The notes: generated from the sequence alone by a model not told the origin. DNA of 64,000 bases from Planctomycetota bacterium (GCA_044222185.1 JBGANV010000010.1:128001-192000); one strand, 5' to 3'. Positions 1 through 10,863 are shown, counted from the first letter of the stretch. Numbers and translations: made by a program.

Positions 1-212
1 GAGCCGGTGACGTCGTGACATTCACGCCCCGCGAGAACGCACGGAAGGTTCTGGCGGACATCCTTCAGTCGTCGAAGGCGTATCAACAGGTCCCAAGCTG
101 GCTGGAGCGGAACGAGGAAGCGATGACCGTCAAGGTCCAGCAGCTTCCGACTCGCGAAGAGTTCCCGTTCAAGATCCAGGAACAGCTCATCGTCGAAGGC
201 GCGTCGAAGTAA
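1..212 (+). CDS. rpsD: 30S ribosomal protein S4, C-terminal part (5' end outside window)
   Basis: VPSWL...LPTREE...IQEQLIVE..SK matches the S4 C-terminus; lies immediately upstream of rpoA in alpha-operon order. Confidence 0.92.
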   Translation, partial: AGDVVTFTPRENARKVLADILQSSKAYQQVPSWLERNEEAMTVKVQQLPTREEFPFKIQEQLIVEGASK

Positions 213-245
213 CCCGGAACGTCGACACAGAAGGAATCAACCGAC

Positions 246-1322
246 ATGCGCATTCGCTGGCGGAACCTCGAGCTCCCCACTCGCGTCATCGTCGATCGTG
301 GAACGCTCACCGACACCTACGGGAGCTTCTCGATCGAGCCGTTCGAGCGCGGGTTCGGGCACACGATTGGAAATGGCCTCCGTCGCGTCCTCCTCTCATC
401 GATCGAGGGCACGGCGGTCCGCTGGGTGACGATCAAGGGAGCTCTCCACGAGTTCCAACCCGTCGAAGGGATCGTCGAGGACGTGACGGACATCGTCCTG
501 CAGGTCAAGCAGCTTCGCATCCGCAGCCACTCGGATGGCCCGGTGATGCTGCGCATCCGCAAGTCGGACAAGGGCCCGGTCACCGGCGCGGACATCGTCC
601 CGGAAGGTGACGCCGAGATCGTCAATCCCGAGCTCCACCTCTGCACGCTCTCGCGCAAGATGGACTTCGAGATGGAGATGGAGGCGGCTCGCGGTCGTGG
701 CTACGTGACGGCGGAAGAGAACGAGCTGGGGTCCAGCCGCTATTCCGACCCCCGCACGCGCCGCAGCGCCAAGGACATCGATCAGGAGATCGGCAAGATC
801 TGGGTCGACTCGATCTTCTCGCCGATCCTTCGCGTGAAGTACTCGACGCAGGACACCCGCGTCGGAAAGATCACGGACTACGATCGCCTCGTCCTCGAGA
901 TCTGGACGGATGGTTCCATCCGGCCGGAAGAGGCACTCACCGAGGCCTCGAAGATCTACCGCAAGTGCTTGAACCCGCTCGTGTCGTACGGATCGCTCGG
1001 CAGCGAGATTCCGGCGGCCGACCTCGAGTCGGGCACCGTCATCACGGATGACGCAGCGCCTTCGGCCGATCTGCTCGCCAAGCCGATCGTCGAGCTGGCC
1101 CTGTCGGTCCGTGCGAACAACTGCCTCGAGGCCGAGAAGATCTTCACGGTTGGAGATCTGATCCAGCGCTCCGAGGACGATCTCCTCCAGTTCCGCAACT
1201 TCGGCAAGACGAGCCTCCTCGAGGTTCGCCAGAAGCTTGCGGAGCTCGGGCTGCGTCTGCGCGGGGATACCGGCGAGGAAAGCCTGGAGCCGATCGACCC
1301 GGAAACCACGGCGAACGTCTGA
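246..1322 (+). CDS. rpoA: RNA polymerase alpha subunit
   Basis: EPFERGFGHTIGNGLRRVLLSSIEG, DYDRLVLEIWTDGSI and alpha-CTD LSVRANNCL...NFGKTSL motifs. Confidence 0.99.
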   Translation: MRIRWRNLELPTRVIVDRGTLTDTYGSFSIEPFERGFGHTIGNGLRRVLLSSIEGTAVRWVTIKGALHEFQPVEGIVEDVTDIVLQVKQLRIRSHSDGPVMLRIRKSDKGPVTGADIVPEGDAEIVNPELHLCTLSRKMDFEMEMEAARGRGYVTAEENELGSSRYSDPRTRRSAKDIDQEIGKIWVDSIFSPILRVKYSTQDTRVGKITDYDRLVLEIWTDGSIRPEEALTEASKIYRKCLNPLVSYGSLGSEIPAADLESGTVITDDAAPSADLLAKPIVELALSVRANNCLEAEKIFTVGDLIQRSEDDLLQFRNFGKTSLLEVRQKLAELGLRLRGDTGEESLEPIDPETTANV

Positions 1323-1347
1323 TCGCCTTCGAGACTCGGAGTTTCAC

Positions 1348-1764
1348 ATGCGTCATCGCGTCACTGGTCGTCGGCTTGGGCGGACTTCGGAGCACCGCAA
1401 AGCCCTCGGCATGAACCTGCTCACCAGCCTTCTGCGCCATCACCGCATCATCACGACTCTCGCGAAGGCCAAGGAGTACCGGCCGCACGCGGAGAAGCTC
1501 GTGACGCTCGGCAAGGAAGGCAAGACGATCGTCAACATCCGCCGCGCACTGAAGATCGTCCACGACAAGGACATGGTGAAACACCTGTTCGACGTCGTGG
1601 CGCCGCACTTCAAGGATCGCAAGGGTGGCTACACCCGCATCCTGCGCATGGCGAAGAACCGACTCGGCGACAACGGCCCGCGCGCCGTGCTCGAATTCGT
1701 CGACCTCCCACGCCCGGAAGTGAAGGAGGAGGAGACGGAGACCACGGCCAAGGCCGGCAAGTAG
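1348..1764 (+). CDS. rplQ: 50S ribosomal protein L17
   Basis: MRHRVTGRRLGRTSEHRKAL...TTLAKAKE...GGYTRI...RLGD; start set at ATG 1348 within ORF 1237..1764. Confidence 0.98.
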   Translation: MRHRVTGRRLGRTSEHRKALGMNLLTSLLRHHRIITTLAKAKEYRPHAEKLVTLGKEGKTIVNIRRALKIVHDKDMVKHLFDVVAPHFKDRKGGYTRILRMAKNRLGDNGPRAVLEFVDLPRPEVKEEETETTAKAGK

Positions 1765-1829
1765 TTCGGCCGTCCTTGGACGCGATTCGGGCGCGGTGGC
1801 ACAATGCCGACCGCGCCCGACTTCATTTC

Positions 1830-2063
1830 ATGAGCCACCGCCCAACCATCGCTCGCCTCGGCACGCTCGCGCTGACCGCGCTGACGATTGCCGCGCCCGC
1901 GCTCGCCTCCGACGACGATCTCGTCAAACCGCGCGGCTGGGACCCCAAGCAGTGGGTCGGGTTCTCCGTCTACGCCGTGCTCCTGCTCGGCCTGATCGTG
2001 CTCGCCTGGCGCCTCGCCCGCCCCGACCCCGACGACGGCCCGACGAACCCGCCGACGGGGTGA
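1830..2063 (+). CDS. Small exported/membrane protein (signal peptide + one TM helix), 77 aa
   Basis: LTALTIAAPALA signal-like segment, then hydrophobic WVGFSVYAVLLLGLIVLAW; a TTGGAC-N18-CACAAT promoter-like match at 1776-1805. Confidence 0.6.
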   Translation: MSHRPTIARLGTLALTALTIAAPALASDDDLVKPRGWDPKQWVGFSVYAVLLLGLIVLAWRLARPDPDDGPTNPPTG

Positions 2064-2439
2064 AACGAGCCCGCGGCCGCGCCCATCGCTGGGCCGCGAC
2101 GATCGCGGTGCGATATTCGTCCGGTCGGCGGGCCCCCGCTGCTGAGGCCGAGCCACGACGAGTCTGACCTGTACGAGAGCGACGCCTGCACGCGATGGCT
2201 TGGTCCAGTGGCGACGTCGTGCTGCGGTGGGCCACCAGGAAGATCCTCCACGCCGAGGCGAGGTTTCGTCGCAGAATCAGCCACGAATGCATTCCGGCCC
2301 CTGCCGAGGCTGCTCGGGACCCAGCGCTGAAGGAGACGGCTGCAAAGCCTGATCGCCACGTACACGAGCCGCGGAATTTCGACGCTGGTCGGAACATCCG
2401 CAAGCTTCGCCGCTCTCTCGAGGGCCAAGCGGTCGGACC

Positions 2440-5139
2440 TCACTGCTGCAGTACGCGCTCGAAACGCGTGCGGAGCGGGGAGCTGCGCTCCGGGATCGTC
2501 TGCAGTCCCACGATTGCGGCGCGGCGCATCACATCGGTCCTGCCCGCGATTTCTGCGGCATTGATGAGGGTTGCGATTCTTCCCGGGTCGCGAAATCGCG
2601 CCGCATCGAACGCGCAGACGAGGTTGTCGAGCGCCCGACGGAGGTCCGATCTCGTCGCCGCGAGCGGATCGTGACAAATGAGAGGTATCACGAACGCGCT
2701 GCGCGAACCGTCAGCGTCACGGTCGAGAGGGTCGTCGAGACTCGTCCGGATTCCGCCGGTGGCAGCTTCATGCGCCCAATCGGGCCGAAGCCTCGCGAGG
2801 AGGGCGAAGACGTCCTGCTCCGTCTCGCTTGGCGCTCCGCGCAAGGTCGGCGGGCTCGAGTCGACGAGCGCCAGCCCTTTGCTCCGAAGTTCCTGGGCGC
2901 ACGTTCCGTCGCGGCGCAATTCAGCAACTGCCGCGAGTTGGAAAAGAAGGCGAATCGCGCGTGAGCGGATTGGCTCGTTCGGTTCCGCCCGCACGGCCCT
3001 CTCGTACATAGCGTCCAGACTGCGAAGTACGCGGCGCTCGAGGTCGCCCGGAGCGTCCGCGGCACCGGCCACTCCCGAGGGTCGCGACGTTGCCGCAAGC
3101 CGCACACGGCTCCGCTCGAGGGAAATTGCGTGTTCGAGGTTGTCTGGTCGGTCGGGCTCGCGACCCAGGAGCTCCGTGAGTAGGGGACCAGCCTCCGCGA
3201 TCAGCTTGCGATCGAGCGCGTCGTCCAGCGTTGCCTCTGCGAGGAGCGCGAGGTGATGGCGCGCGAGGTACCTGGCTCGAAGCCCTGAGATCCGACCGGG
3301 CTCGAGTTTCCCGAGTCTGTCCGCCGTGACGCGCATACGGTCGAACAGCCTCTCGGCCTCCTTCCAGTTGCCGTGGATCCGAAGTTCGAGCGTTGCGCAC
3401 CGCTCGTAACTCCACGCGAGATCATCGAGAGCTCGTGCCGTCGGACGTCGCGCGGCCTCGGCTTCGTTTCGACGTAGGACATCGAGGAACAGTGCCTCGC
3501 ACCTGGCTTCGTCACCGCGGTCCCGCGCCACTTCGCCGCGCTTCACCAAGAGCACTGCCGCATCGAGCACATCCTCTTGCGGGGCGTCGGGTCGGGCGGC
3601 AAGTCGGTCGTAGTAAGCCGCGGATTCCCGATAGGCGGTCTCTGCGCCGATCGTCTCCGAAGCTTCCTGCAGACACTCACCCCGGAGGAGGATGGCGGCT
3701 GCGAGTATCCGAATGACGGACCGTTCCTCGGGCGGTGGATCGCGGAACAGAGCAAGCAGCGGCTCGATTCCCTTCAACATTCGCAGCTGTGCCGCGACCG
3801 TTAGTCCAGCATCACGTGCCGCTGCGACCTCACGGATGTAGCCTGGCAGAGCGCTGTAAGCCGTCTCGGCACACATCGCGCTCTGGAGGCGTTCCTCGTT
3901 CCTCTGTCGTTGGAGGTCAAGGATGATGAAGCTCGCCGCAACTGAGATGGCGAACACGGTGAGCATGGCCGCCGCTACCACAGGTCGACGTTGGATCTCG
4001 CGGCGCAAGAGATCCTTGATGCCGGGGCCGCGCACCGAGACCGGTCGCCGTTCGCGAAACCGTCGCAAGTCGTCCGCAAGCTGCGCACAGGTCCGGTAGC
4101 GCCGGTCCGGATTCCGTTCGAGCGCGTGGTTGACGACAGCCTCGAGGTCCGGCGAGATGGTCGGTCGGAGCTCAGCCAGGCGCCGTGTCCTCTGCATCCT
4201 GACGGCATCCACCAGGTCGAACAGTCCGCCATCTTTGAGCCGGTAGGGTGTCGTGCCGGTGAGCAGCTCGAACAGAACGACGCCGAGCGCGTACACGTCG
4301 GCCCGTTCATCGACGCGTCGCCCGCCAATCTGCTCGGGTGCGGCATACGCGACTGTTCCGACGAATGCACTTCCCGCTGACGTTTGGATGAAATCGAGTA
4401 TCGATGGATCGACGGCGGCGGATCCGAAATCGATGATCTTCACCCGTCCTTCGGGATCCACGAGCATGTTCGCGGGTTTGAGGTCTCGATGGATCACGCC
4501 CCTGCCGTGCGCGTAACCAAGCGCGGTGCAGGCCTGCTCGATCAGCAGCACCCGAGCCGCGTCGTCGAGGCCGCGCTCCGTAGCATGCTCGGTGAGAGGC
4601 CGCCCGTTCACGAGTTCCACAGCCACGAAGGAACGGGAAGTTCCCTGGTCGGCTGGACCCTCGTCGAGATAAGCAGCGATGCCGGGGTGCTGCAGCTCTC
4701 GAAGAAGCGCGATCTCACGCTCGAATTTTCGCTGCTGGCGAGGATCGAGCCGGCTGCGTCGCAGGATCTTCATCGCAACGCGCCCGCCAGGTCCCATGGC
4801 TTCGAACACGACCCCGCTGGCACCTTCGCCGAGGCGTCGGACGAGCACATAGGCGCCCACGCGCGTGCCCGGCATGTAGCCGTACGTGGACCCGTCGCTC
4901 GGCGCGGCTTCGTCGCCGCGCAGAAACGCGTCGAACGGTTGCGGCGTGGCGTTCGCTTCGTGGATATCCCGCAGGAGGCGTTCCGTCTCGCACCGGAGCG
5001 ATTGGTCTGCGCCGCAACAGTCGTCGAGCAGCTCCGACCGGTCCTCGGCGCGTACGTGAAGGGCTGCGCGTGCCAAGAGTTCGGCCTCGCGTCGGAGTGT
5101 GTTCTCGTCGTTCACTGGTGAAGGTGTTGGCGCAGCCAT
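2440..5139 (-). CDS. Hanks-type Ser/Thr protein kinase with TM segment and TPR-like helical C-terminus
   Basis: LGEGASGVVF, VAMK, HRDLKPAN, DFG, GTVAYAAPE, DVYALG; TM VVAAAMLTVFAISVAASFIIL; overlaps the end of the ECF sigma gene. Confidence 0.93.
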   Translation of the reverse strand: MAAPTPSPVNDENTLRREAELLARAALHVRAEDRSELLDDCCGADQSLRCETERLLRDIHEANATPQPFDAFLRGDEAAPSDGSTYGYMPGTRVGAYVLVRRLGEGASGVVFEAMGPGGRVAMKILRRSRLDPRQQRKFEREIALLRELQHPGIAAYLDEGPADQGTSRSFVAVELVNGRPLTEHATERGLDDAARVLLIEQACTALGYAHGRGVIHRDLKPANMLVDPEGRVKIIDFGSAAVDPSILDFIQTSAGSAFVGTVAYAAPEQIGGRRVDERADVYALGVVLFELLTGTTPYRLKDGGLFDLVDAVRMQRTRRLAELRPTISPDLEAVVNHALERNPDRRYRTCAQLADDLRRFRERRPVSVRGPGIKDLLRREIQRRPVVAAAMLTVFAISVAASFIILDLQRQRNEERLQSAMCAETAYSALPGYIREVAAARDAGLTVAAQLRMLKGIEPLLALFRDPPPEERSVIRILAAAILLRGECLQEASETIGAETAYRESAAYYDRLAARPDAPQEDVLDAAVLLVKRGEVARDRGDEARCEALFLDVLRRNEAEAARRPTARALDDLAWSYERCATLELRIHGNWKEAERLFDRMRVTADRLGKLEPGRISGLRARYLARHHLALLAEATLDDALDRKLIAEAGPLLTELLGREPDRPDNLEHAISLERSRVRLAATSRPSGVAGAADAPGDLERRVLRSLDAMYERAVRAEPNEPIRSRAIRLLFQLAAVAELRRDGTCAQELRSKGLALVDSSPPTLRGAPSETEQDVFALLARLRPDWAHEAATGGIRTSLDDPLDRDADGSRSAFVIPLICHDPLAATRSDLRRALDNLVCAFDAARFRDPGRIATLINAAEIAGRTDVMRRAAIVGLQTIPERSSPLRTRFERVLQQ

Positions 5140-5657
5140 CCCCGTACGAATCGAATCCGGCGCTCGGCTGTCGCCAGCGAGATCCTGAACACTTGCGCCA
5201 CCTCGGCAACCGTCAAGCCAAGAAAAAAGCGCAGAACGAAAGCGCGCGCGGCCGGCTCGGTCTTCGGGTCGGCCGCGAGTTTGTCGAGGAGCTCATGGAG
5301 ATCGAGTATCTCCGCTCCTTCGACGGCTGGACCATGCGCAATTGGCTCCGCGTCTTCTGAAGTCCTCGACGCCCTCCGCCGGAGCGCCGTCCGTCGCCGC
5401 ACGTGATCGACGACGGCGCAGCGTACCGCCTGGCCAATCAGCGCAATGGCGTGCTCCGGGTCAGGAGGCTCGGGCACTCCGCCCCGCATGAGACGAATGA
5501 GCGCGTTGTGCACCACATCGTCCGTCTGAAGCGAGAACCCGGGAGGGGTGCCCCGGAGCGCCGCGCGAGCGAGGCGCCGGGCCTCCTCGCGGACCTGCCC
5601 GAGCCAGCCGCCGCCCGACAGCCGTGCTCCTGATCTCGCGTGTAACGACTTCGCCAT
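5112..5657 (-). CDS. ECF-type sigma factor (planctomycete kinase-associated type)
   Basis: SLQTDDVVHNALIRL, VDHVRRRTALRR, LRFFLGLTVAEVAQVFRISLATAERR..F.RGWL; start estimated at ATG 5657. Confidence 0.85.
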   Translation of the reverse strand: MAKSLHARSGARLSGGGWLGQVREEARRLARAALRGTPPGFSLQTDDVVHNALIRLMRGGVPEPPDPEHAIALIGQAVRCAVVDHVRRRTALRRRASRTSEDAEPIAHGPAVEGAEILDLHELLDKLAADPKTEPAARAFVLRFFLGLTVAEVAQVFRISLATAERRIRFVRGWLRQHLHQ

Positions 5658-5839
5658 TCGGCCCACACTATATTCGAGTCGAGTGCGCCCCTGCGGAATG
5701 ACAACGCGGGTGAAATGCAGGCGCGGCAGCGGAATCACCGTTACGGCCCTCACACACCGAAGAGTAGGGCCGGCGCCACTTGCCTCGTGGGATTCTCGGG
5801 CTCGGCGTGGCGCCGCTGCCCGCCTCGATGCAAATCCAA

Positions 5840-6805
5840 TCAGAACGGCTTCCCACCATTGGTCGGGAACACATAGATCCCCTCGTTTCGGTAGGAGACA
5901 ACGGTAGCGATGAGGGCCTCCTTGCTGGCTCCGTTCTGTTGAGTCCAACTCACCGTTCCCCAGCACTCCGCGAAGTTCGCCGTCGTCTCATCGCCGGGAA
6001 TCTGGAACTGTATTCCACCGATTGCGTGTGGGAGAACCGTCACCGTGAGGGTCTTGCCGCTGGAGTAGAACGTAGCCGGGTCGGAGAGCCCGGCGGTCGG
6101 ATACTCCGGCGCAACGCTCTCGAGCGCCGGCACCGCCGACGTCGTGAGCAGTGAACCGTCGCGGCCAAAGAGCGAGACGGTCACCGAAAGCGGCTGGTCC
6201 GTGATATTCGTGAGGTATAGGAAGCTCTGGACGCCGTAGTTCCACGCGCTCGCCACGTGAGGGAGAATCGCGGAGCCTTGAGCGGCCGTAGTCTCGATCT
6301 TTACGGTGTCGGCGCGAAGCACTCCGACCCCGCTCGGAGCGTTCGCGACGGTGACGACGAGGTTGCCGCCCGTCGCGTCGACCCATCCCAAGGAGACATA
6401 CGCCCCTCCAACATTTGCCTGTGCGCGAAGCGCCGTCCCAACGAGGACGCCGCCGCATTCGATGAGGTAGAGCGCGTTCGTGGTGCTATTTGCGTGTGCC
6501 GGCCAGCTCGCGAACACCTCGAAGCGGCCGGACTGCGGACCAAATGAGAATGTCGCGACGGCGTCTGCACTCTGAGAGAACTTCGAATCGCCAACGACCC
6601 CGGCCAGGCCGCTTACGCTCCAACTGCCGCGGGGTTCGGCGTACCCTGACGTTCCATTGTCGACGACGACAGCGGTCAGGGCGGTGGCAGCGGCAACGGG
6701 CGCAACACCGGACGACGGGCCGGCGGAGGCGAGCGGCGCGACGTCGATCGTGGACCACGTGAGGAACGGAACGGCGAGCGCGGCAGAGAGTGCGAGACGC
6801 AGCAT
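5840..6805 (-). CDS. Secreted protein with golvesin/xanthan-lyase CBM-like beta domain plus a second beta domain
   Basis: Signal peptide; VVVDN...GSWS...FEVFASWPAHANSTTNALY...YVSLG...ADTVK pattern typical of golvesin-like domains. Confidence 0.65.
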   Translation of the reverse strand: MLRLALSAALAVPFLTWSTIDVAPLASAGPSSGVAPVAAATALTAVVVDNGTSGYAEPRGSWSVSGLAGVVGDSKFSQSADAVATFSFGPQSGRFEVFASWPAHANSTTNALYLIECGGVLVGTALRAQANVGGAYVSLGWVDATGGNLVVTVANAPSGVGVLRADTVKIETTAAQGSAILPHVASAWNYGVQSFLYLTNITDQPLSVTVSLFGRDGSLLTTSAVPALESVAPEYPTAGLSDPATFYSSGKTLTVTVLPHAIGGIQFQIPGDETTANFAECWGTVSWTQQNGASKEALIATVVSYRNEGIYVFPTNGGKPF

Positions 6806-7023
6806 GAGATTCTCCCAATATGGAGCAACGGCAGGTGATTGTCCGCCATGAAGCTCGTAATCGGGTCCGCTTGCCCATCACCAGGTTTCCAGAATTCTGC
6901 GATGGCCCCCGCCGCGGCGCGACCCCGCCCCAGACAGTGCGGTGCGCAAGGGCCCGTCGAGAACCTCACGAAGCGTCGCGTGACCTCGTCCACGGAAGGC
7001 GTGACCGAAGTGGGGAGACGAGG

Positions 7024-8245
7024 ATGTCGATGGGTCGCATCGGGTAAGGCGAAGGTGAGCTGATCGGGGCGACGAGATCGACCCGGACGCCGACCCAATC
7101 GCTCTCCGGCGGGCTGAACGTGTTCCTGCCTCTCACGACTTCGACGCGAACATCGAGGGGCTTGGCACGAGGGCCTACGCTCACTGCAGCAATCGCCCTA
7201 CGCTGCCGCTGGGCCACCCTTTCAGATGGTGTGGACGGCTACTTCGCGTCGATCGGCGCCGAACGTCGATTTGTCCGGCGTTTGGACGACACGATGGCTC
7301 TCGATGCATTCCTCGGGCACGGCGTCAGGGATCCTGCTCCCGACCGCAGCTCGCTCTCGACCGTGCGGCGTCAGCCTCGCGTCGAATTGCTCAACGCCAT
7401 GAGCAGCCTCGTGCTCGACATCCCGGAGAAAGCCGGGCTCTTGAAGTGCTGCGCGCGGGCACTCGGGCATCGACGAAGGGCGCGAATGCGGCGATGAAGG
7501 CGGTCATGCGCCAGGACACCAACGAGAGCCAATTCGGCGACGCGGAATGCCTCGCGAGGGAAGCCCGCGGCGCGGCCCAACTCGGGAAACGCCGGCGCAG
7601 TTCGACCGCAAGGGCACGGGACCGCTCGACCTCGAAGAAAGTCCGGAAAACACCGACGGAACCGATCGCTCGGCTCAGCCACGGGAGCGGCGGGGGAACG
7701 CGCGTCTCATACCAGCCCGAGCCTGCGGTTGACGTCGAGACAGGGGCGATCGTCGCGGCCACCATCGATTTCGCGGACCGGTGCGATGCCGCGACGTCGG
7801 CGACGACGGTGATGGCTCTGATGGGCACGCCCGAGGAAACGGGATTGCCCTGCAGGGAATTCACGGCGATCGCAGACAAGCGCTACGGCGCGGAGACCTC
7901 GTGATCCCTGGTTGTGCGACTATCGGGATTAAGGCCGGCATCGCGGCGCCCGCCGTTCACGGTGAACGGGGGTCGCAAGCGAAACCAGCAATTGCGCACG
8001 GATGCGGAAAGCGAAACGGTCGCCGCCTACGAGGTGGATGAGTGGGACGGCGCCGAAGGGGGCGGGGCGCGACGGTGGAGCAGCCGTTCGCGCGCCTGCT
8101 CGACACAGACGCCAATCGCCGCGCGTAGATCCCATCGCGCGAGGCCAAAGGGGCGAGGAGTCTGCGGAACGTGAGCGGTTTCAAGCATGGCTTGGCGATG
8201 CGGACATCGTGCGGGTTCGGAGCTCCGACACGCCCCTCCGAAGCC
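7024..8245 (+). pseudogene. Decayed IS transposase (IS1182/IS5-like DDE), with multiple frameshifts and stops
   Basis: Fragments in different frames: GHPF, GYFASIGAER...FLG...PDRSSLS, ANAAMKAVMRQDT, AVDVETGAIVA, IADKRYG, VEQPFA, GFKHGLAMR..G.G.P. These match the usual motif order of this transposase family; ends approximate. Confidence 0.8.
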
Positions 8246-8457
8246 CACCGGTCGCGCGTGTCCCTGCTCAGCCTCACCGTGCGCAGGTTCCCGCGCTTGC
8301 TCTTGAAGGAGGCGCACGCGGAGCTCATCTCGAATCGCGCGCGCTCGACCGAGCAGATGGTGGTGCTTGGTGCTCAAGACGCGCGCAACGCCGAGCGGAA
8401 CTGCGGACCGTTCCGCCGGGGGTTAGCGGTCGGTTCGTCGCACCCGCGTGCGGCCCT

Positions 8458-9501
8458 TCAGAACCCGACGAGGAGAACGAGCGAGTTCGTAAGGCGGACG
8501 TTGAGGCCCGGAACGCCTGACGGGACTCCGGCGGGATCCACGATCACGCACTGCACCGCAATGGAGGTGCCCGCGAACGATGGAACCGGTGGGATCGGCA
8601 CCTGGAACGTCGGCGAACCCGTGGCCCAGATCGCCGTCGCGAGCGGCTCTGCGCCACTCGCCCCCAACGTCCCGAGCGACAAAGGGTCGAGCCAATGGCT
8701 GCACGGGCTCGTCGCTCCGAGCGGCGCACCGCCCAGGTTCGATCCGATGGACCAGAACAGCAGGGCCTGGGCGTTCAGGGGGACGGTGGCGCCAGTGCTG
8801 ATGCCGAGGGTCAGGGGCACTCCCAGCAGAGGGCGCCCGCCGGTCGCCGCGAACGGATCCGTGAACGTGAACAGGAGCGGCTGCCACGGCGTTGCGCCGC
8901 CGCACGAGGGGCCGCCCGTTCGAAGCTCCGCCAGTCGTGGTGCGCACGCGGTCCCGTTGAACGAGAACTTGAACCCACCGGTGCCGGGACTCAGTGGGTT
9001 GGGCGAGCCTCCCGTGTAGGGAAGCTGGGTGCTTCCCGACTGCTGCGAGAGCAGGACGCTCGCAGCCACGACGGGCCCGAACGTGGCGTTGAGGTTCGTG
9101 GAGGTCGGCGCGGCTGAGAGCGCGAGGACGTAGGTCGTGCCCGCGACGATCGACACGGGAGGCGTGAGGGTCTTCACCTGCCACCCGTAGCCTGAGGAGT
9201 AGGGACCGCCCGGCGCGCTCGAGAGGGGCGGCACGACCGGGAATCCCGTCAACGGGTTGATCGCGTGCACGGCGACAGCGGTGGACGCGTTCCAACCCGT
9301 GCTCTCGAACACCGAGATCTGATCGACGGTCGCGGTCACCGGGGCCGTGAACCGAATCCGAAGCGGGCTCGCGACCGGGATCAGAAGCTCCCAATCGAAC
9401 GTGTCAGCGGAGCTGTTGAAGCCGAAGCACTGAGCTGGCGGTGTTTGCGCGACTGCGCACGATCCGCAGAGCAGGAGGGCGATGAGCACGCGGCGCGACA
9501 T
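8458..9501 (-). CDS. Secreted beta-rich protein with conserved-looking C-terminal domain
   Basis: MSRRVLIALLLCGSCAVAQ signal peptide; C-terminus ...VPIPPVPSFAGTSIAVQCVIVDP...LTNSLVLLVGF. Confidence 0.8.
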   Translation of the reverse strand: MSRRVLIALLLCGSCAVAQTPPAQCFGFNSSADTFDWELLIPVASPLRIRFTAPVTATVDQISVFESTGWNASTAVAVHAINPLTGFPVVPPLSSAPGGPYSSGYGWQVKTLTPPVSIVAGTTYVLALSAAPTSTNLNATFGPVVAASVLLSQQSGSTQLPYTGGSPNPLSPGTGGFKFSFNGTACAPRLAELRTGGPSCGGATPWQPLLFTFTDPFAATGGRPLLGVPLTLGISTGATVPLNAQALLFWSIGSNLGGAPLGATSPCSHWLDPLSLGTLGASGAEPLATAIWATGSPTFQVPIPPVPSFAGTSIAVQCVIVDPAGVPSGVPGLNVRLTNSLVLLVGF

Positions 9502-9741
9502 GGACACCTCCGGAACGATGCCGTTGCTGGACATCTCGCCGGGGATCGTACCCGACCGTTTGGCCGGCCGGATGCTCCGCACGGCCGGGCCGGTCGTTAC
9601 GCCGTGGCTGGGGGCCGGAGGCGAGGAGCCACCACAGGCGCCGAGACGTCGACCCTGCGCCGACGGGCGTCCTGTGACCCGCGCTTGGGAAGCCCGGCTA
9701 CGATGGCGCGCGGCGCAACCGCGCCAGCGAGACTCCCACGG

Positions 9742-10863
9742 ATGCCGCACCTGTCACGATCGCTCACGCCATCGACACCTGGACGGAATGCGTCGACGGT
9801 GGTTCGTCTCATCGCCACCTGCTGTGTCGCGTCTCTCGTTTCGACGTGTGCGGCTGACAGCGCGCCTGTCGTGACGTTCGATGGCGTCCCTGACATCGAT
9901 GCGAGCTGTTGGGTCGTGTTTCAGGACAGGAGCGACCACTACTGGTTCGGCAGCGACGGGCGCGGCCTCTTCCGTTACGACGGAAAGGCCCTGACGCACT
10001 TCACGACCGCAGACGGCCTGTGCAACGACCACGTTCGCGGGATCCAGCAACACGCATCGGGTGACTTGTTGATCACCACGTTGGGCGGTGTGAGCAGGTT
10101 CGACGGACGGCGGTTCGTGACGCTGCCCGTGGCCGAGATGACGAACCCGACCGACGGATGGGCGCTCGATCCCGATGACGTCTGGCTTCCGTTCCAACCG
10201 ATGCAAAAGGGGCCCTACCGCTACGACGGCAAGACGCTCTACCACCTGCGATTTCCGAAGAGCCCGCGCGAGGACGCCTACTTTGCGAGTTCGCCCAATC
10301 TCTCGTGGAGTCCCTACGAGATCTACTGCGTCTACAAGGACCGGCGGGGGTCCATGTGGTTCGGGACGGCGAATCTCGGCATCTGCCGCTACGACGGGAA
10401 GTCGCACGACTGGATGTACGAGAACCACCTGACGCAGCTCGCCGGCGACCGCATGTTCGGCATCCGCTCCATCATCGAGGATGACGACGGTGCGTTCTGG
10501 TTCTGCAACACCCGCTACCGGTTTCGGATCGGCCCACGCACCGCATCACGGCCTGGTCCCGGATCGATCGAGTACACACGCGAGACGGGCATCGACCTCG
10601 GCGGCGTGGCCGGGAGTGACCAGGAGATCTACTTCCAGTCCGTCGTCATCGGTGAGAACGGTCACCTTTGGATGGCGACGTTCGGTTTCGGCGTCTGGGA
10701 GTTCGACGGAAAGAAGCTCACGCACCATCGGATCGAAGAAGACGGCAAGACCGTGCAGATCGTCTCGATCTCCAAGGACAATCACGGCGAGCTCTGGCTC
10801 GGAACGCACGCCCACGGCGCCTACCGGTTCGATGGCGCCACGTTCAGGAAATTCAGACCTTGA
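9742..10863 (+). CDS. Exported beta-propeller protein (two-component regulator propeller repeats)
   Basis: Repeated D..G..WFG(T/S)...G..RYDGK units (QDRSDHYWFGS, KDRRGSMWFGT, EDDDGAFWF, KDNHGELWLGT); start approximate. Confidence 0.85.
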   Translation: MPHLSRSLTPSTPGRNASTVVRLIATCCVASLVSTCAADSAPVVTFDGVPDIDASCWVVFQDRSDHYWFGSDGRGLFRYDGKALTHFTTADGLCNDHVRGIQQHASGDLLITTLGGVSRFDGRRFVTLPVAEMTNPTDGWALDPDDVWLPFQPMQKGPYRYDGKTLYHLRFPKSPREDAYFASSPNLSWSPYEIYCVYKDRRGSMWFGTANLGICRYDGKSHDWMYENHLTQLAGDRMFGIRSIIEDDDGAFWFCNTRYRFRIGPRTASRPGPGSIEYTRETGIDLGGVAGSDQEIYFQSVVIGENGHLWMATFGFGVWEFDGKKLTHHRIEEDGKTVQIVSISKDNHGELWLGTHAHGAYRFDGATFRKFRP

